Below, piece by piece: positions 12,301-29,700 of a stretch of DNA of 64,000 nt. How positions within the stretch are numbered: position 1 is the stretch's first letter; every line of letters begins with the position of its first letter. A program made the translations under genes and the position numbers. Source of the stretch: Bugula neritina (taxonomy: Eukaryota; Animalia; Bryozoa). The stretch spans positions 7,946,698 through 8,010,697 of the forward strand of contig OZ037765.1 of the NCBI GenBank assembly GCA_964035545.1. The letters are read 5' to 3'. The notes under the pieces were generated by a model. The model saw only the letters and a program-made list of their open reading frames with translations. It was not told the origin of the DNA and ran no database searches.

Positions 12301-15300
12301 GTACGCATAATTTACTGAAGCTTAGGATGGGGAAAACTGTGCTGCTCATTGAATTATTGATACACAAATATTTGTCAGCTTTAAATTCTGCCAATTGCCC
12401 CTCAGGCAAAATACCAACCGTTCCTTCACATAAAAAAAACAACTTTCAACAGATGAAATAATAATCAGTCAAAGCATATACCAGCCCTTCAAAGCTACCC
12501 AAACTGAGCATGTGTTATAAATAGATGTGCACAAACAAGAAACTGGAGAAGGGCTTCACCAACAATGCTTGGCAATGGTTTATTTGGTCATCGCAAGTTT
12601 ATTTAGCAATTAGCATGCAGCTTGGGCAAATAACGCATTCAATATTTTGTATATAATAGCATGTCCATCGTGTAATGTTGTTTAGTTTTATAGCCTACAT
12701 GCAATACTATTTGCTTTTGCTATGCACTTTCATCACAGATTTTTTTGCCTTGTGGATGGTTCTCATTTTTACATTCTTCAATCATCTAATGGTCTACAAG
12801 AAGATTAAAACAAACGACATATGAGAACCTATTACAAATAAAGAGTGATAACTCTTTTCACTCAACTCAAACTTGCCATTAATCAATCTAGGTTTTCACA
12901 TTTCTATAGAGTCGGTTTAAATCAAAAGATTTTTTTGTTCTTGGGGTACAAAAGCCAGCAAACATTTTTTCTTCCAACAGTAATATTTATTTATAAAGTC
13001 AGAATCCTGGATAAGATAGTACATTTTATATAATTATTGCCAAATGCTGCCCAAAACTTAAAAATTGTAGTTAAAACTTAGAGGTGTGAACAAGTTGAAA
13101 CAATGTAAATATATTGACAGCCCTAAGGTATGCCAAGGACTCTCAAGGTATTATCAATGGCAACTGGACACTGGATTGGTCTGGTGACTATCAAGCAGCA
13201 GGCTCTATTGTGAAGTACAGGAAGTCCAAACACCATCAACTACTAGGAGAGACAATTTTTGTAAAAGGACCCTTGCAAAAAGCCATACAACTACTTGTAA
13301 GTTGAAGTCACAGTTATTTATTTAATGTTTCTCAACCGTAACTCTGGGTTGCAAAAAAAAACATAACTTCTATTTGCATTTTAATAACTTCAACATTGAC
13401 TAGCTTTTACGCTGATGCAAAACTTATACTATACATTTTATGTATATAATCATAGTTCGAAACCCGGTATACAAGTTTTTTTATAACTACGAACCGAAAT
13501 TCACTCCAACTCACAACTCCACAACCTAAGCTATACATAATATCTATTATACATGATTGGTTTGTTATTCTAATGCATAAAAATCTAGTTTTAAATAAGA
13601 CCAGCTATACTATACTATACTATACAGCTACTGGCACAAACCAGGAACCCTGGTATATATTACTCCTACACATTACCTGTGGAGGGAAAAGCTGATGGGA
13701 CAAGTAAATCTTCTACAACAAAGATATCTGCTCTCACCTCCAAGACCTCTCAGGCCAGAAATGAACTGTCGAAGTACTTGGAAAACTCATTGAGTAAGTT
13801 TAAAACTGGCTTGGTGGGTTAAATAATATATATTGCAGTTTTTATTTAAACTAATAGTCGAGCAAGATATAGGCTACATACTATATCAGAGATATTTAAT
13901 TATAGTGCTAAAAGCAATAGTTTCATTGCTCAGTTGCTTGAACTTTAATAAAATTTAATAGTATATATTCTTTTACTTGGGCATTTTGAGAGTTACTGCA
14001 TTATTTGTGACAATTGTATATTTTAGGAAACAAGAATTTGGCTCAGCGTAGCACAGTAAAATATGAATGGAAAGTTATCAACACCGGAGAGTGTACCAGA
14101 GAATGTGGGGAAGGTAACTGTGTTAGCAGAAAGCATGCGGCTAAGTGTTCTAGATGACAGAAAAAGAGAAACTGAAAAATGATTTCTATTTTCCTATGTA
14201 TTAATGATAAGTAGTCCACAAAATAATTTTGTAATCTATAATTATTATAGATATGAATTTACATGCTTTAAAAACATTAGTAGCAACCTATAGAAATAAT
14301 ATTATGATGTTGTTTTTACAGGTTACAGGAAAATAGAGGTTGTGTGTATTCTTGTGTCTTCACAAGCATCAGTAACAGATGAAAACTGCATAGACAAGCT
14401 CAAACCAGAAACTCCACAAATAAAATGCAACACCCAGCCTTGTGCACCAGAGTAAGAAAATTATATTGATATTGCTGAACAAGTTAACTTAAAGAAAAAT
14501 AAAATTTCTTATGCCAAATATATGTGATGCAGCATGATTTCTGTAACAGAAATGATTTAATAGTTTATGTATAAAAATTATAAATACACTTTAAGGTGGG
14601 TAACTAGTGAATGGTCCGAGTGCAGCGCAACCTGCGGCCAAAGCACTCAGCTTAGACAGGTAACGTGTAGGCAAAGGATATCTGCTTCTCAGACTATATC
14701 AGTATACGCAAGCAACTGTAAGAATTTAATAAGGCCAAGTACAGTTCAGATGTGTGCTGAGAAAGTCTGCTACTCATGGAAACAGTCTGAGTGGTCACAG
14801 GTATATATAAGTAGCCATTATAGTGTTCAGTAAACATGAGTATCTGAAAGGTGTTTATTTTAATGCAATTTTGTGCCAGAATTTGTTTATATTGATACTA
14901 TATTTACTCCTAGTTCTACAAAATTGCACTTCCAAAATTGACAAATTTCAAACAGATGACTTTATTAACTTATGAATAGCTATATGAAGTGTATATAGGA
15001 AGAAGAAAACATTTTAAGTGAAAAAGTTGCTAGCCATTAATCAGTTGCCAGCTAGCAACCATACCAAAAACTTCAGCTAGAAGCTATGAAACCATATATA
15101 TTCAATAATTAATGCTATCATCAATGCAATGCTTCGATTGGTGCATTACAGTGCTCTGCCAAGTGTGGGGCAGGGGAAAGGCAGAGACAAGTACAGTGTG
15201 TGAATTCTGATGGCATTCAAGTGGAGGATTCAAATTGTTTGATAAATAAACCAAGGCAAACTGAAAGATGTTATTCCAGCTGCGAAGAATCCTGGTTTTA

Positions 15301-16991
15301 TGGCAAGTGGTCAACAGAGGAGGTGCATACAGTTTATTTCAGTAGCTAACTTAGCTAAGAACTGACCAGCTAGTAAATCTAATCTAACCCCCCCTTCTAA
15401 ATTCCAGTCAAAACAACATAGGGTATCAAGTAATTTAACAATACAAAAGAACTTAAAACTATGAAAGGTGATCTAGTATAAATTTGAAATAACCTTTCAC
15501 TAAAACATTTTTATAGTTTTTGATGCATGGTTAATGATGTTTCGAGAAGAAAAACCAAATTTTACAAATTTATGAAGCACACAAGGTGGCAAAATGCTAC
15601 GCCTACACATGTGTTGATCCAAGATATCATTCTCTTGTTACTTAAATCTTGTAGTGCTCTAAATCTTGCAATGTGGGGAATTCTACAAGACAGGTTTTCT
15701 GCCCAGCTGATGCTGGCTCCAACTACATGGCATATTCCAAGTGTGGAACCAAACCAGAAACAGTGAGGCCTTGTGAAGAGAGAGCAGAATGTACTAAGAG
15801 AAGCCAGTGGCTTACAGGAGAATGGTCTCAAGTAAGCATGTTTGTTTTACCTCGTCATTAAGGAAGGGAACGTGTATGGGAAGTTTCAAAGCAGCAGAAG
15901 CAGTGGCTGGTTAAGCAGTCGGCTTAAATGCGTAATTGGAAGATTATTTTCACACTTATTGCACGCAAGCAACACACATCACACACAAATATACACAACA
16001 TAAACATACATAACACACACATACACAACACACACATACACAACACACACACAACACACACATACACAACACACACATACACAACACACACATACAACAC
16101 ACACACAAACATACACAACACACACACCCACACAAACATACACAATACGCACACAACAATAGTTTTTTTGTAAGGATTGTCTTTAGTTTTATCAATTAGT
16201 ATATTTCTTCTAAAAGTATCATGTATAACCAATCAACCAAGGCAATTATAAGAATTTATGGTTAATACTATAGTGTACGGGAACATGCAGTGAAGCATAT
16301 CAGAAAAGAGAAATCTTCTGCATGGAATCTGTAGAAGGTAGGAAAGAGCTAGCCAATGACTCGAGATGTGCCATCAGAAGTAAACCTGATAATAAACAGA
16401 AATGCCGGCCAGCTGACTGTGACGTACATACCTCAGAATGGCTGGTCACTGAATGGTCACAGGTAAATATTTCCTTTATCGAAAACAATTGCTGGTTAAC
16501 TTATTCATGTAATTGAACTAAATCAGCCAAATCATGCTTTTATCTGGTCACTGGATCTTGCTAAAATCTAATTTCAATGCAGATTATGTCTAATTCTGGT
16601 AGCTAAATGCTTTTAATTTTCAATTTCAACTTGAATATAAGTTTTACTCAATCACTTGAAGTATAAAAAAGTGATATGCTCTTATTGCTAACTGTTTTAG
16701 TGCTCTGTAACATGTGGTGGTGGCTACAGCAGACGACAAATTAAATGTATAGACAAGAATCAAATTGAAAGTTACAACTGTCCGCCGTCTGATAAGCCAG
16801 TTATCACCAAGCTATGTACTATGCCGGCATGCACACAACCCTCCGTAGTAGTCGCAAACCCCAAATGTCGAGACAAATATGACACGTGTAAGGTGGTGGT
16901 ACAGGCACGACTTTGCAAACTTAGTTACTACAACAGACTGTGCTGCGAGTCTTGTGCCTATCAACAACATTCTGCAAGTCTAACTGGATAA
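9395..16991 (+). CDS. THSD4: THSD4/ADAMTSL6-like secreted ADAMTS-like protein (about 622 aa)
   Basis: Exons 9395-9466 (signal peptide MWLLGYLFLLQLALCQS), 10783-10987, 13121-13296, 13628-13793, 14027-14113, 14322-14451, 14596-14800, 15152-15322, 15655-15831, 16274-16462, 16701-16991, all phase-consistent. Domains: Cys-rich IGCDGVIGSGKVVDRCGVCGG, ADAMTS spacer (IPIGASNINI, INGNW, NPGIYYSY), six TSP1 repeats (WSECSATCG etc.), and C-terminal PLAC (CRDKYDTCKVVVQARLCKLSYYNRLCCESC). No protease domain. Confidence 0.85.
11008..11122. repeat. Compound (TG)n/TGTTG microsatellite
   Basis: Interrupted TG dinucleotide run in THSD4-like intron 2. Confidence 0.95.
15971..16158. repeat. Compound (CA)n/CAACA microsatellite
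   Basis: Interrupted CA run in THSD4-like intron 9. It produces the spurious His/Thr- and Cys/Val-rich ORFs in the track. Confidence 0.95.
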
Positions 16992-17694
16992 TTCAGGAGT
17001 GCTGTTCAGCTTGTGTTACACAAAATATTTACTATTTGCATTTTCTTTTTCATAAATATCAATTGTATATACTGTGAACAAAATAGTAAATAGATTAGTC
17101 TACTTCAATGTATAGTTTTCAAGATGATATAAAGCAAGTACCATGTAGTTTTATAACATTTATTTAGATGTTAGTGTCAATTGTTATTGTAGTTTGGTTT
17201 TTTTATTGTACTGTTGTAAAATTTTTATTATCATTATACTTCTAACCAAGTAACTACGTCATTAGTTAGGTTTCACCACTATTAATAATAAGCAAATAAA
17301 GTGGATGACAAATATATTACTGTTTCAAACATTTTTGAAAACAAAGCCTTAGTGAATCTATCATCTGAGACTTTTTATCATATTCTACTTCGATATATAC
17401 CCAACAATTTTCACTAATTGTATAAAACTTTTGAAACCTAAAGATTATTGTATTGTTTAGTATTGTATTTTTAAGTACTGCAGAGAAATTATCCTCAGTA
17501 TTACAACAGCATAATTACAAAAATTTAATTAGAAACCCACCTAACTCAAAATATCAAAGACAAGGGCAAGCTTATAATTTATTATAATATAGGAGATGAA
17601 TATTATACAAAATACAGATAAACTCATATATTAACAGACACTAGTATACTTCACAAAGTTTAAGAATTATCTGCTTTCCATCACTTGGTCAATT

Positions 17695-21788
<4,094 letters not shown>

Positions 21789-22300
21789 TTTGACTTTCTT
21801 TGTACACACTGAGGATCAAAAACATGGTTACGTATACTTAGTCTCTTCACTCAATGAATATTGTAATATTGTGTGTTTATTGAAATATTATTTAAAATAT
21901 TAAAATCAACTTTTAAAATTATTTAATTTTTTTATTATCAATTTAATTTCAAAAGTTTTTATTTTTTGGCTGTCTTTTTTAATTTTATGTTCGAAACTCC
22001 TTCTTTAAATATTAAAATCTATTTATATAGTATCGTAGCCTTCGCTCTTAAAAAATTGAATAAAAGCTAAAAACCACGATATTTTTTGACTATAAGTAAA
22101 TACCTCTAGTCATGAATGGGAATGCAGAGCTATGATAATTAGTCTGCTAGTGAAAGGAAATTCCCACTCTCTATGTCAATGTATAGTGCAAATTAATTTA
22201 CGCTTAAATCGTGTTTGTCTGCTGCAGAATTTTGAGGGTGAAAGAATGCTTTAATCTTTATTATCTGAGTTTGTAACTAATCAAGTATAATATTTATATT
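21789..22300. promoter_or_regulatory. Probable bidirectional promoter region between PSMA4 and the CSPG4-like gene
   Basis: The two genes diverge from here. There is a very AT-rich core at 21880-22020, flanked on both sides by the periodic tracts also seen at other 5' ends in this window. Transcription start sites are not determined. Confidence 0.4.
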
Positions 22301-23764
22301 TATTCCCCCTTACCGTGGCTGCAAATTTTAGTTTACTGAAAACTTAGAATAAGAATGACTGATTGAGTTTGAGTGAGAGTTGAGACTTGGGGGTGTCAAT
22401 GGCATTGCCAGTGTTGTCATAAAGTATCACTGCAGTTGAATATCAATATGACCATAGCCATCAAAAAACAGAGTGAGTATTACAAGATTGAATATCAGTA
22501 TGAACATAACTATAAGTTACTATGATTATTATGATTGTGATAATTGTAGACTTGCTCTTAGTCTTACTCTTAGAGTGTATTTTAGCTTAAAAATTAGAAT
22601 AGTAAAATTAAAAAAACTGAAAGTAATTGTAATATTTATAACTTAATTTAATTTTATAACTAATTTATTTAATATTAAAGTTAATAATAAGAAGTTGCAA
22701 ATATAAGACCAAGTGGCATAATTACTAGTTACTACATAATTGAATAAATAATATTTTATATAATAATAACAATAATCATAATATTAGCCAAGTATATAAT
22801 TTTTAGCTTATGCTGTTTTATTTGCAGTGGTTAAAAGTCACTAAATTGTATTTTTTTTTAACTTGTAAGTTGTAGTGGTTTTGCTCTCTACATAACTTTT
22901 TCATGGAATAAACCAAGCATATATCTTGGATTTAATCCCAACTTGCTAAAGCCATGAGTCACGTTAAATGTCACTGAAGTCAAGTTGATATTTAAGTTTC
23001 TAACCTTTGTTATTTATGCTGATTTACAAATAGCAGATAATTATATAACTATTAAAAATATGGTTTAAATTATACTTATTCACTGCCACCTAAGCCAGAC
23101 AGTTTACCTGTATTATATCATACATAGAAATTAAAGTGTTGAGTGGCTGCTAATTAACTAAAATTTCTTAGAGTCTCAGAGTGTTGAAAAAATAGTTACT
23201 ATATTAACTTCAATGTTGTGGCACATTTAACATCTGAAGGTTTCATTTTTGCTCAATGTTATAATTTTACTTTGAAGAGGAAAATATTGCACTCATTTAT
23301 AAACCCAAATACTCATTTCATCAAAGCCTAAAACCAAAAATTATCAGTTAATCTGTTCTTTTGTTTCACTTTTCACCATTAAATAAAACTACATATAACC
23401 TAGTGTTCATATCTAACTGTAGAAGTTATAGTTAGTGCAAAAACATTTTTCTTGCTTGCATTATCTTCAATATATAAAAAACTGACTTTATTGATCTCCA
23501 GACAAAAACTGTTGTAAGCATTTGAAGTCCTTGCCTCAATTATTATAGAATATTTCAATAAAACTTTATTCAGCCAGTATGTTTGCTGTTTGATTTTTGC
23601 ATAATTTTTGTAGAATATGTTATATATACATGTACATATATTTTACTTAAGTGTAGCTTGTCCCTTTATTTATGTGTTAATTTAGATAGCTGATGGCAAA
23701 TCTGTATGTTTCACAGCTGCTGGGTTAGTTAAATGGATGTCAACATAACTTGTCCACATCAACT

Positions 23765-26700
23765 ATGAAGTGCTTTCAAGCATCGCTGCTTTTGGCAACC
23801 TTAGCAGTCTTGTTTAATCGAATTACAAGCCAGCATAATAGTAAGTCAATTACAACAACTTAATTAACTGCCTACTTGACTAGAGTTTTAGTATATTTTT
23901 ATTATTTAGAGGAGTATTGTTATCTAAAAGTTTTCAAATTATTTTGCATTTTATATGATGATCATTGAATCTGCAGTGTGTTTTTCTTTATAATGTGTAA
24001 AAACAAACCCAATCATTTATATTCAAAATTTTAGTCTTTTTACATGGTACTGACATATTAATACAGTTTGGTCCTCGTCTAGACGCAGTGCTATTGAGCC
24101 AATAATAACCATCTTTATCAACTAAAATATGTACTTTTTGTTCCATTAAATTAAATACAACAAACAAATATGGGTTACTTTGCTTTACTTTGGAGTATAG
24201 CATGTTTTCTGTATAGTAGCTATCATGTGAAATCTCTAAATTTATTATAAAAATTTATTATAGAATAAATTTAAAAAATTAATCTGCCTGCATATTGTTT
24301 CTGTCTTAATTCAATGTGAAACATACGTATTATTTTGCAGGTAGACTGGCCACAAAAACTTTTATTTCTCATATCTATAATGTGAAGGAATCCAAGTCAG
24401 ATGTTGTGGAGTGGTCATGGAAGGCTTCACCTCAACAAGTGTGTGTACACAATCTCACGATATTTACAATTCAGGCCAGACATCATAAGCAGAAAGTAGT
24501 GTTCCAACTTGACTGTGACAGAGTAGTTTGCATCATACACCTAGACTCTTCTATAAAAGAGACCAGAATTGAGTACCCATTAAGTGGTAAGACCATCTTT
24601 AGTTTGTCTACATGTATAGGTTGATTTTAAATCATAAAACTATGAACAGTGTTCAGTTATGAGACTATGTAGTGTTTATAATTGTGTTATTTGTCTTAGA
24701 TTATAATATATAGTCACTATCCTAGTCATTGTTCAAATGTTAGTTACTATAGATTTTCATTAGTTCATCACTGCTTATACATCTATATTTGTATAGGCAA
24801 TGGGAAATTACAATCATCTAAGTGTAGAATATGCTATTCATGCATTTTTTATTAAAAGAAAAATCAATTTCTACACACATGCTGATTATATGGCTATTAT
24901 GCTGCAGGCCTAACAGTTAAAACCAGTAGCACTAAAATTCTATCTCAAGTGGCATAGTCTTAGCACTACAGGGCACTTGCCACAGTTGTCACTTGATGCA
25001 GCAACAGCCACTTGTCATTGCTTGACAATAGTATGCTGATTATAACCTACACAGCTATCTTTTGTCTCATCTTTCTTGTCTTAAAATACTTATTTTATCT
25101 CAAATTTCTAATATAAATCTCTGCCATATTTGTTATCCAAGTGTTAAGATTACATTGAATATTCCACTCAATTCCTAACATTTTATCATTATCTAAATCT
25201 GTGTTATAATTAAAAATAGCCTCTGTCTTCTCTTTTCCTTTGAAAGTAAAATTTGTACCGGTATCACTTGTTTTTCTAACAGCATTCGCTTGTCTTCAAT
25301 GCTCATATCATCATGTTATAACATATAGTTATATGTCTTTTGTTGAAAAGGATAGAATTATTTATTTACCCTATGTTGAGACTTGATTTGGCTGTAAGAA
25401 TATGTAGCACAGTTGGTTTAGTTTCTGCTTTCACTTTGCTGTGTACAATATGCTGTTCATAAATACCGTATTGTTCCATATTTATGATAGGGCAGATATT
25501 TTATATAGTTTATTTGTAACTTGTTAGTAACCTTTCCCTTCATCTGTTCAAAGGTTCAGCTGAGCTAGCAGTGTAAATAATAGTACATTCACTGCCACTT
25601 GACAATTGTGTGAATTGAAACAGACTAGCTCATGAGGCAATTATCACTCTGACGTCACCTATAGAGCGAGATCTTTTATTACATGGCTATATGGTTACAT
25701 TGGCTAGTGTGTAAAATATTCTACATACTGCTGGTTACATAACATAATCTATCCATACAAAAAAAAACAATTTCACTTCCATTATTTATATCAGATAAAG
25801 AAAATTTATGAAATTATATGATATTATTAGTTAGATGTTTGAGCCACATATACATGTACATCTGCAAATTGCATATAGTTATAAACCATACATGTGTGTA
25901 ATATTATGCCAGTTTAGCCTAAAGTGTGAACTGTAGCAAAGAAGCTTTACACACTTTTCATTATCAACTTGTACCATATGCTTAGTAATTATGACATTTT
26001 CCTACCAGCCCTCTGGGAAAGAAATTAATAGATATAATAATGTTATATTGATCAAACTATTCATTATGTAAGCAGACAGTTGGTATGCAAGCGAAAATGT
26101 AATTTGCTAAGTAAATTACTGTTAATTTGCAAGCCGTAGCTGCGTTTTATGATCACTCTAAAATATAAATTCAGATAAATTTGATTCAACAGGTTGAGTC
26201 CAGCTCGTATACATGTACAAGTTATAGAAACTAGTAGATGCGTTTTATATATTTCATCATTCATATGAAGTATTAACTAAATCCAACTCTTTATTTAGTA
26301 AAAACTAGTGCTGCAAATGTTTTTACGTTTAATAAATGACAATGAGACTACATAATCCTATATCCATCAATTATGACTTTGTTGCATAATTACAACTCAA
26401 TATTTTGTCTCAAAGATATTTGCTTACATCATTGTAATTTGGCAATACATCAAATAAGAATATATGATCAATTTCAACTCATCGTTTATTTTTTGTAACT
26501 GTGACACAAAAAACTTTTTAATTGATGGTTGGGAAAAGGTAAAAGGTTGACTGGCAATATAATATTGCGTTAGTGAAGTTATTTTCTCTTATATTTTATT
26601 GAGTAACAACAAAAATAATAGATTGTTGCACAGCGGCATAAAAGTAAAACATTAGACATACCAAGTAAAAGTAATTCAATTTTTTTTATAATATTATTAT

Positions 26701-29700
26701 TCACTAGTTATGGGTATGTTACATGATAAATACAAATATTGTAGGAAAATTTGAGAATAAAAATATTTTATTTTAATTTTGTTGTTGCACTTATTTAAAC
26801 AGTACATATGGTACAAATTTCGAATTCGAGCATTAACAAACGGCAGTTAGTTTCGAGTTGACACAAGTAACAGAAACAATTACCAAAGTCATATGGTGGA
26901 TAGCTGGTTATTATTACCACATCTTGCCATTTTAGTGTGAAAAATAATTTCTGAGGAGAACATAATTAGACTTGTATTTAAAACAGTTAATGTCACAGCT
27001 TTTCCTGTCACAGCATTGTCAGCATGCATCAGTGATGTAACCAACTCTTATAATATACTTCTCATAATATGATTATAAATAGCTGTTAGAAATCCCATCA
27101 GCTTTACTCTGTGAGAAGAGAATAGAATCAATGTCCACATGTGGTGTTAGGAAGGTCTTCTATGTATAAGCATACACAAGAAAACACAAGAAAAATCAAT
27201 AAAATGTGGTCTAGAATATTTGTGCCTTTCTTTTGCCATTATATTTACATGAGCTGAAACATTGGGACACAACTCCATATTATAGTGGAAAGTATTTGAC
27301 AAAATTTCCTTAGTTTTTATGCAGTATGTTTACTTTATGCCAATATTATTTATAATTTGATTGAATAGCATTAATATTTAGTATTAAATGGTAAACACAT
27401 TCATAAATAGGGTACAAGAAATTGGCTAATTTATTTAAAGTTGAATGAAACTAAGTTATCAAGCATGTGTACTGCTTATACTGGATACAATGTTTGTAAT
27501 ATGTAGTAGGCAGAAGGGGAAATTATATATGTGATTGAAAAAAAAATAGTAAACATTATTCAAATATTTCAGGTATTGCGGCAGGTGAACTGATCAGAGT
27601 AAAATATGAGCGCTTTATAAGGACTGTAGCCATGAGCATTCAAAACAGAGAGAAGTTGGCTGTTCGGCTAGGTGGACACAACTACCTGTTCACTCCTTGG
27701 AAGGTTACTATCTTTTATCACCCTATCATATGTCTTCATTCTCTAAGTTTCAATGGACAAGACATTTTAGGAAGGACCAATTATCCAGTTTGTACACTTG
27801 ATAAGTATTTTCAATTTACTGCTCAGAAGTTTATCACGAAAACAATTTTCGCTGATGCTGGAACTTTAATCAATATTTCCGAATTAGAATTACTTTCAAG
27901 CTATAAACAATGTTTGTTAGCGCCTATTTCTGAATTGCAATATGGCCAGTATATGCCAGGAAATGATCTAATCTACAAACTGGAATCACTGTCTATCAAC
28001 GCAACAGAAAACCTTTGGATTGATATAGGATGTGCTAGCAGTTTCCAGTTTGCAATTGTCGTTCAGTTTACCTTTGAACTTCCTATATTGACTGTTGTGC
28101 TTCAAGAACTGCTAGTGCAAGCCTGGGTGACCACAATTGATTCGAATTACATCAAAAGTTTCATTTCTGGTGTAGAAAATAATTCAGATGTGATGTTTAC
28201 TATTCAGGATTCTATCACAAATGGTGTTTTCATGTGTAATGGTACTATTCTTGGGCCGAAAAGTAATTTTAGTCAAAGAGATGTAAACCAACGTCGTGTA
28301 AGTTTTAAAGTGATTGACGGAGCTCGACCATTTCAGGAAACCATAAGGCTCATTGCACGTCGTTATGCAGTTGAATCTGTTGGTGCGTTTAGAATCCTTT
28401 ACGAACCAGTTTTGACTGTTGGTGTTAAACCTGTAACTGTTGTAGAAGGAAAGTCCTGTAACATTTCCCATGAGGCTATAAATGTGAGCTATGGTATTAG
28501 TCAATATACGAGTTTTAAAGTAATAGAATATCCAAAGCATGGGAAAATAACCGAACGTAATTCACCTTTCATTGTAGAAGAATTTACCTATCAATATTTA
28601 GTAGATAGTTTACTCATGTACACTCACGACGGAACAGAGACAACTGCTGATAGTTGGACTCTACTGGTACGACCAACAACTAGCAGTGAAGTTGAAAAAG
28701 TCATTACGTTACAAATCTTCATAACCCTAATAAATGACAATCACCCAGTAAGACAGTCGCCTCAAGTGTTGACAGTTTTCAGAAGTCGTGACACAGTTTT
28801 GACAAAGTCAGAAATCTATTACACAGATGCTGATAGTGATCAGTCAGCAAGAGATGTTAGCTTTGAATATCAGGAGATAGGTTGTGGTGAAGTGGTGCAC
28901 TTACCAACATCTACAGTGATGCGCAAGTTCACTCAGGAGGATGTAAACGCTGGGGAGCTTGTATTTCGTCATACTGCTGAAGTTGACCCCTGTCAGCTTG
29001 TCATGTGGGTCAGTGATGGTGATTATGTGTTCTCGGACATTCTCCAAATAGAAGTCATTGTACACAGCCTAGTGATAAATGGTACGCACAAGCTGTTAGT
29101 CGACCAAGGTGAGACAACTACTGTCAGCAAACAAGTGTTGCATGTATTTACTAATGCCTGGGTCTCGGCCGATGAAATAGTAATATCTGTAAATAGATTT
29201 CCTCACCATGGTAATCTAATACTGCCAACACTGTCCAAAAATTTTACTTATACTCATATATTGAATGGCACTATACGCTATGCACATCAGGGTTCACTCT
29301 CCATCACTGATACATTCAGTTTAAAAATTACTATATTTGGAGTTGTTTACTCGCAGGTTATTGATGTTTTGATCAACATAGATCCTGTGTTGTTGAAGCC
29401 TGTTGTCATATCCAACTATGCAATAGTTGGGCAAGTTGGTGAACTCATAAATTTAACTAATCAAACTCTGTTGGTTTCTCATTCCAATGCTTTACCATCA
29501 GATATACGGTACCAGGTGCCTCAGCAAAGAGAAGTTCAGTCGGAGACATTCTACATTCGACTCTTTAATAGCAGTACTAGTGCTAATGTATTTACTCAAG
29601 AAGATATCAATAACAATATAGTCAGCTACAAAGTGGCACAGAAATATGCACACATAACTATGCTAGTTTCATTTCAAAGTATCTCCACGGACTTTGTGTT

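Noticed and set aside
15924-16232. His/Thr-rich and Cys/Val-rich ORFs on both strands
   Set aside because: They are translations of the CA microsatellite.
28184-28540. 118-aa antisense ORF inside the CSPG4-like exon
   Set aside because: Antisense shadow of real coding sequence with no recognisable motifs.
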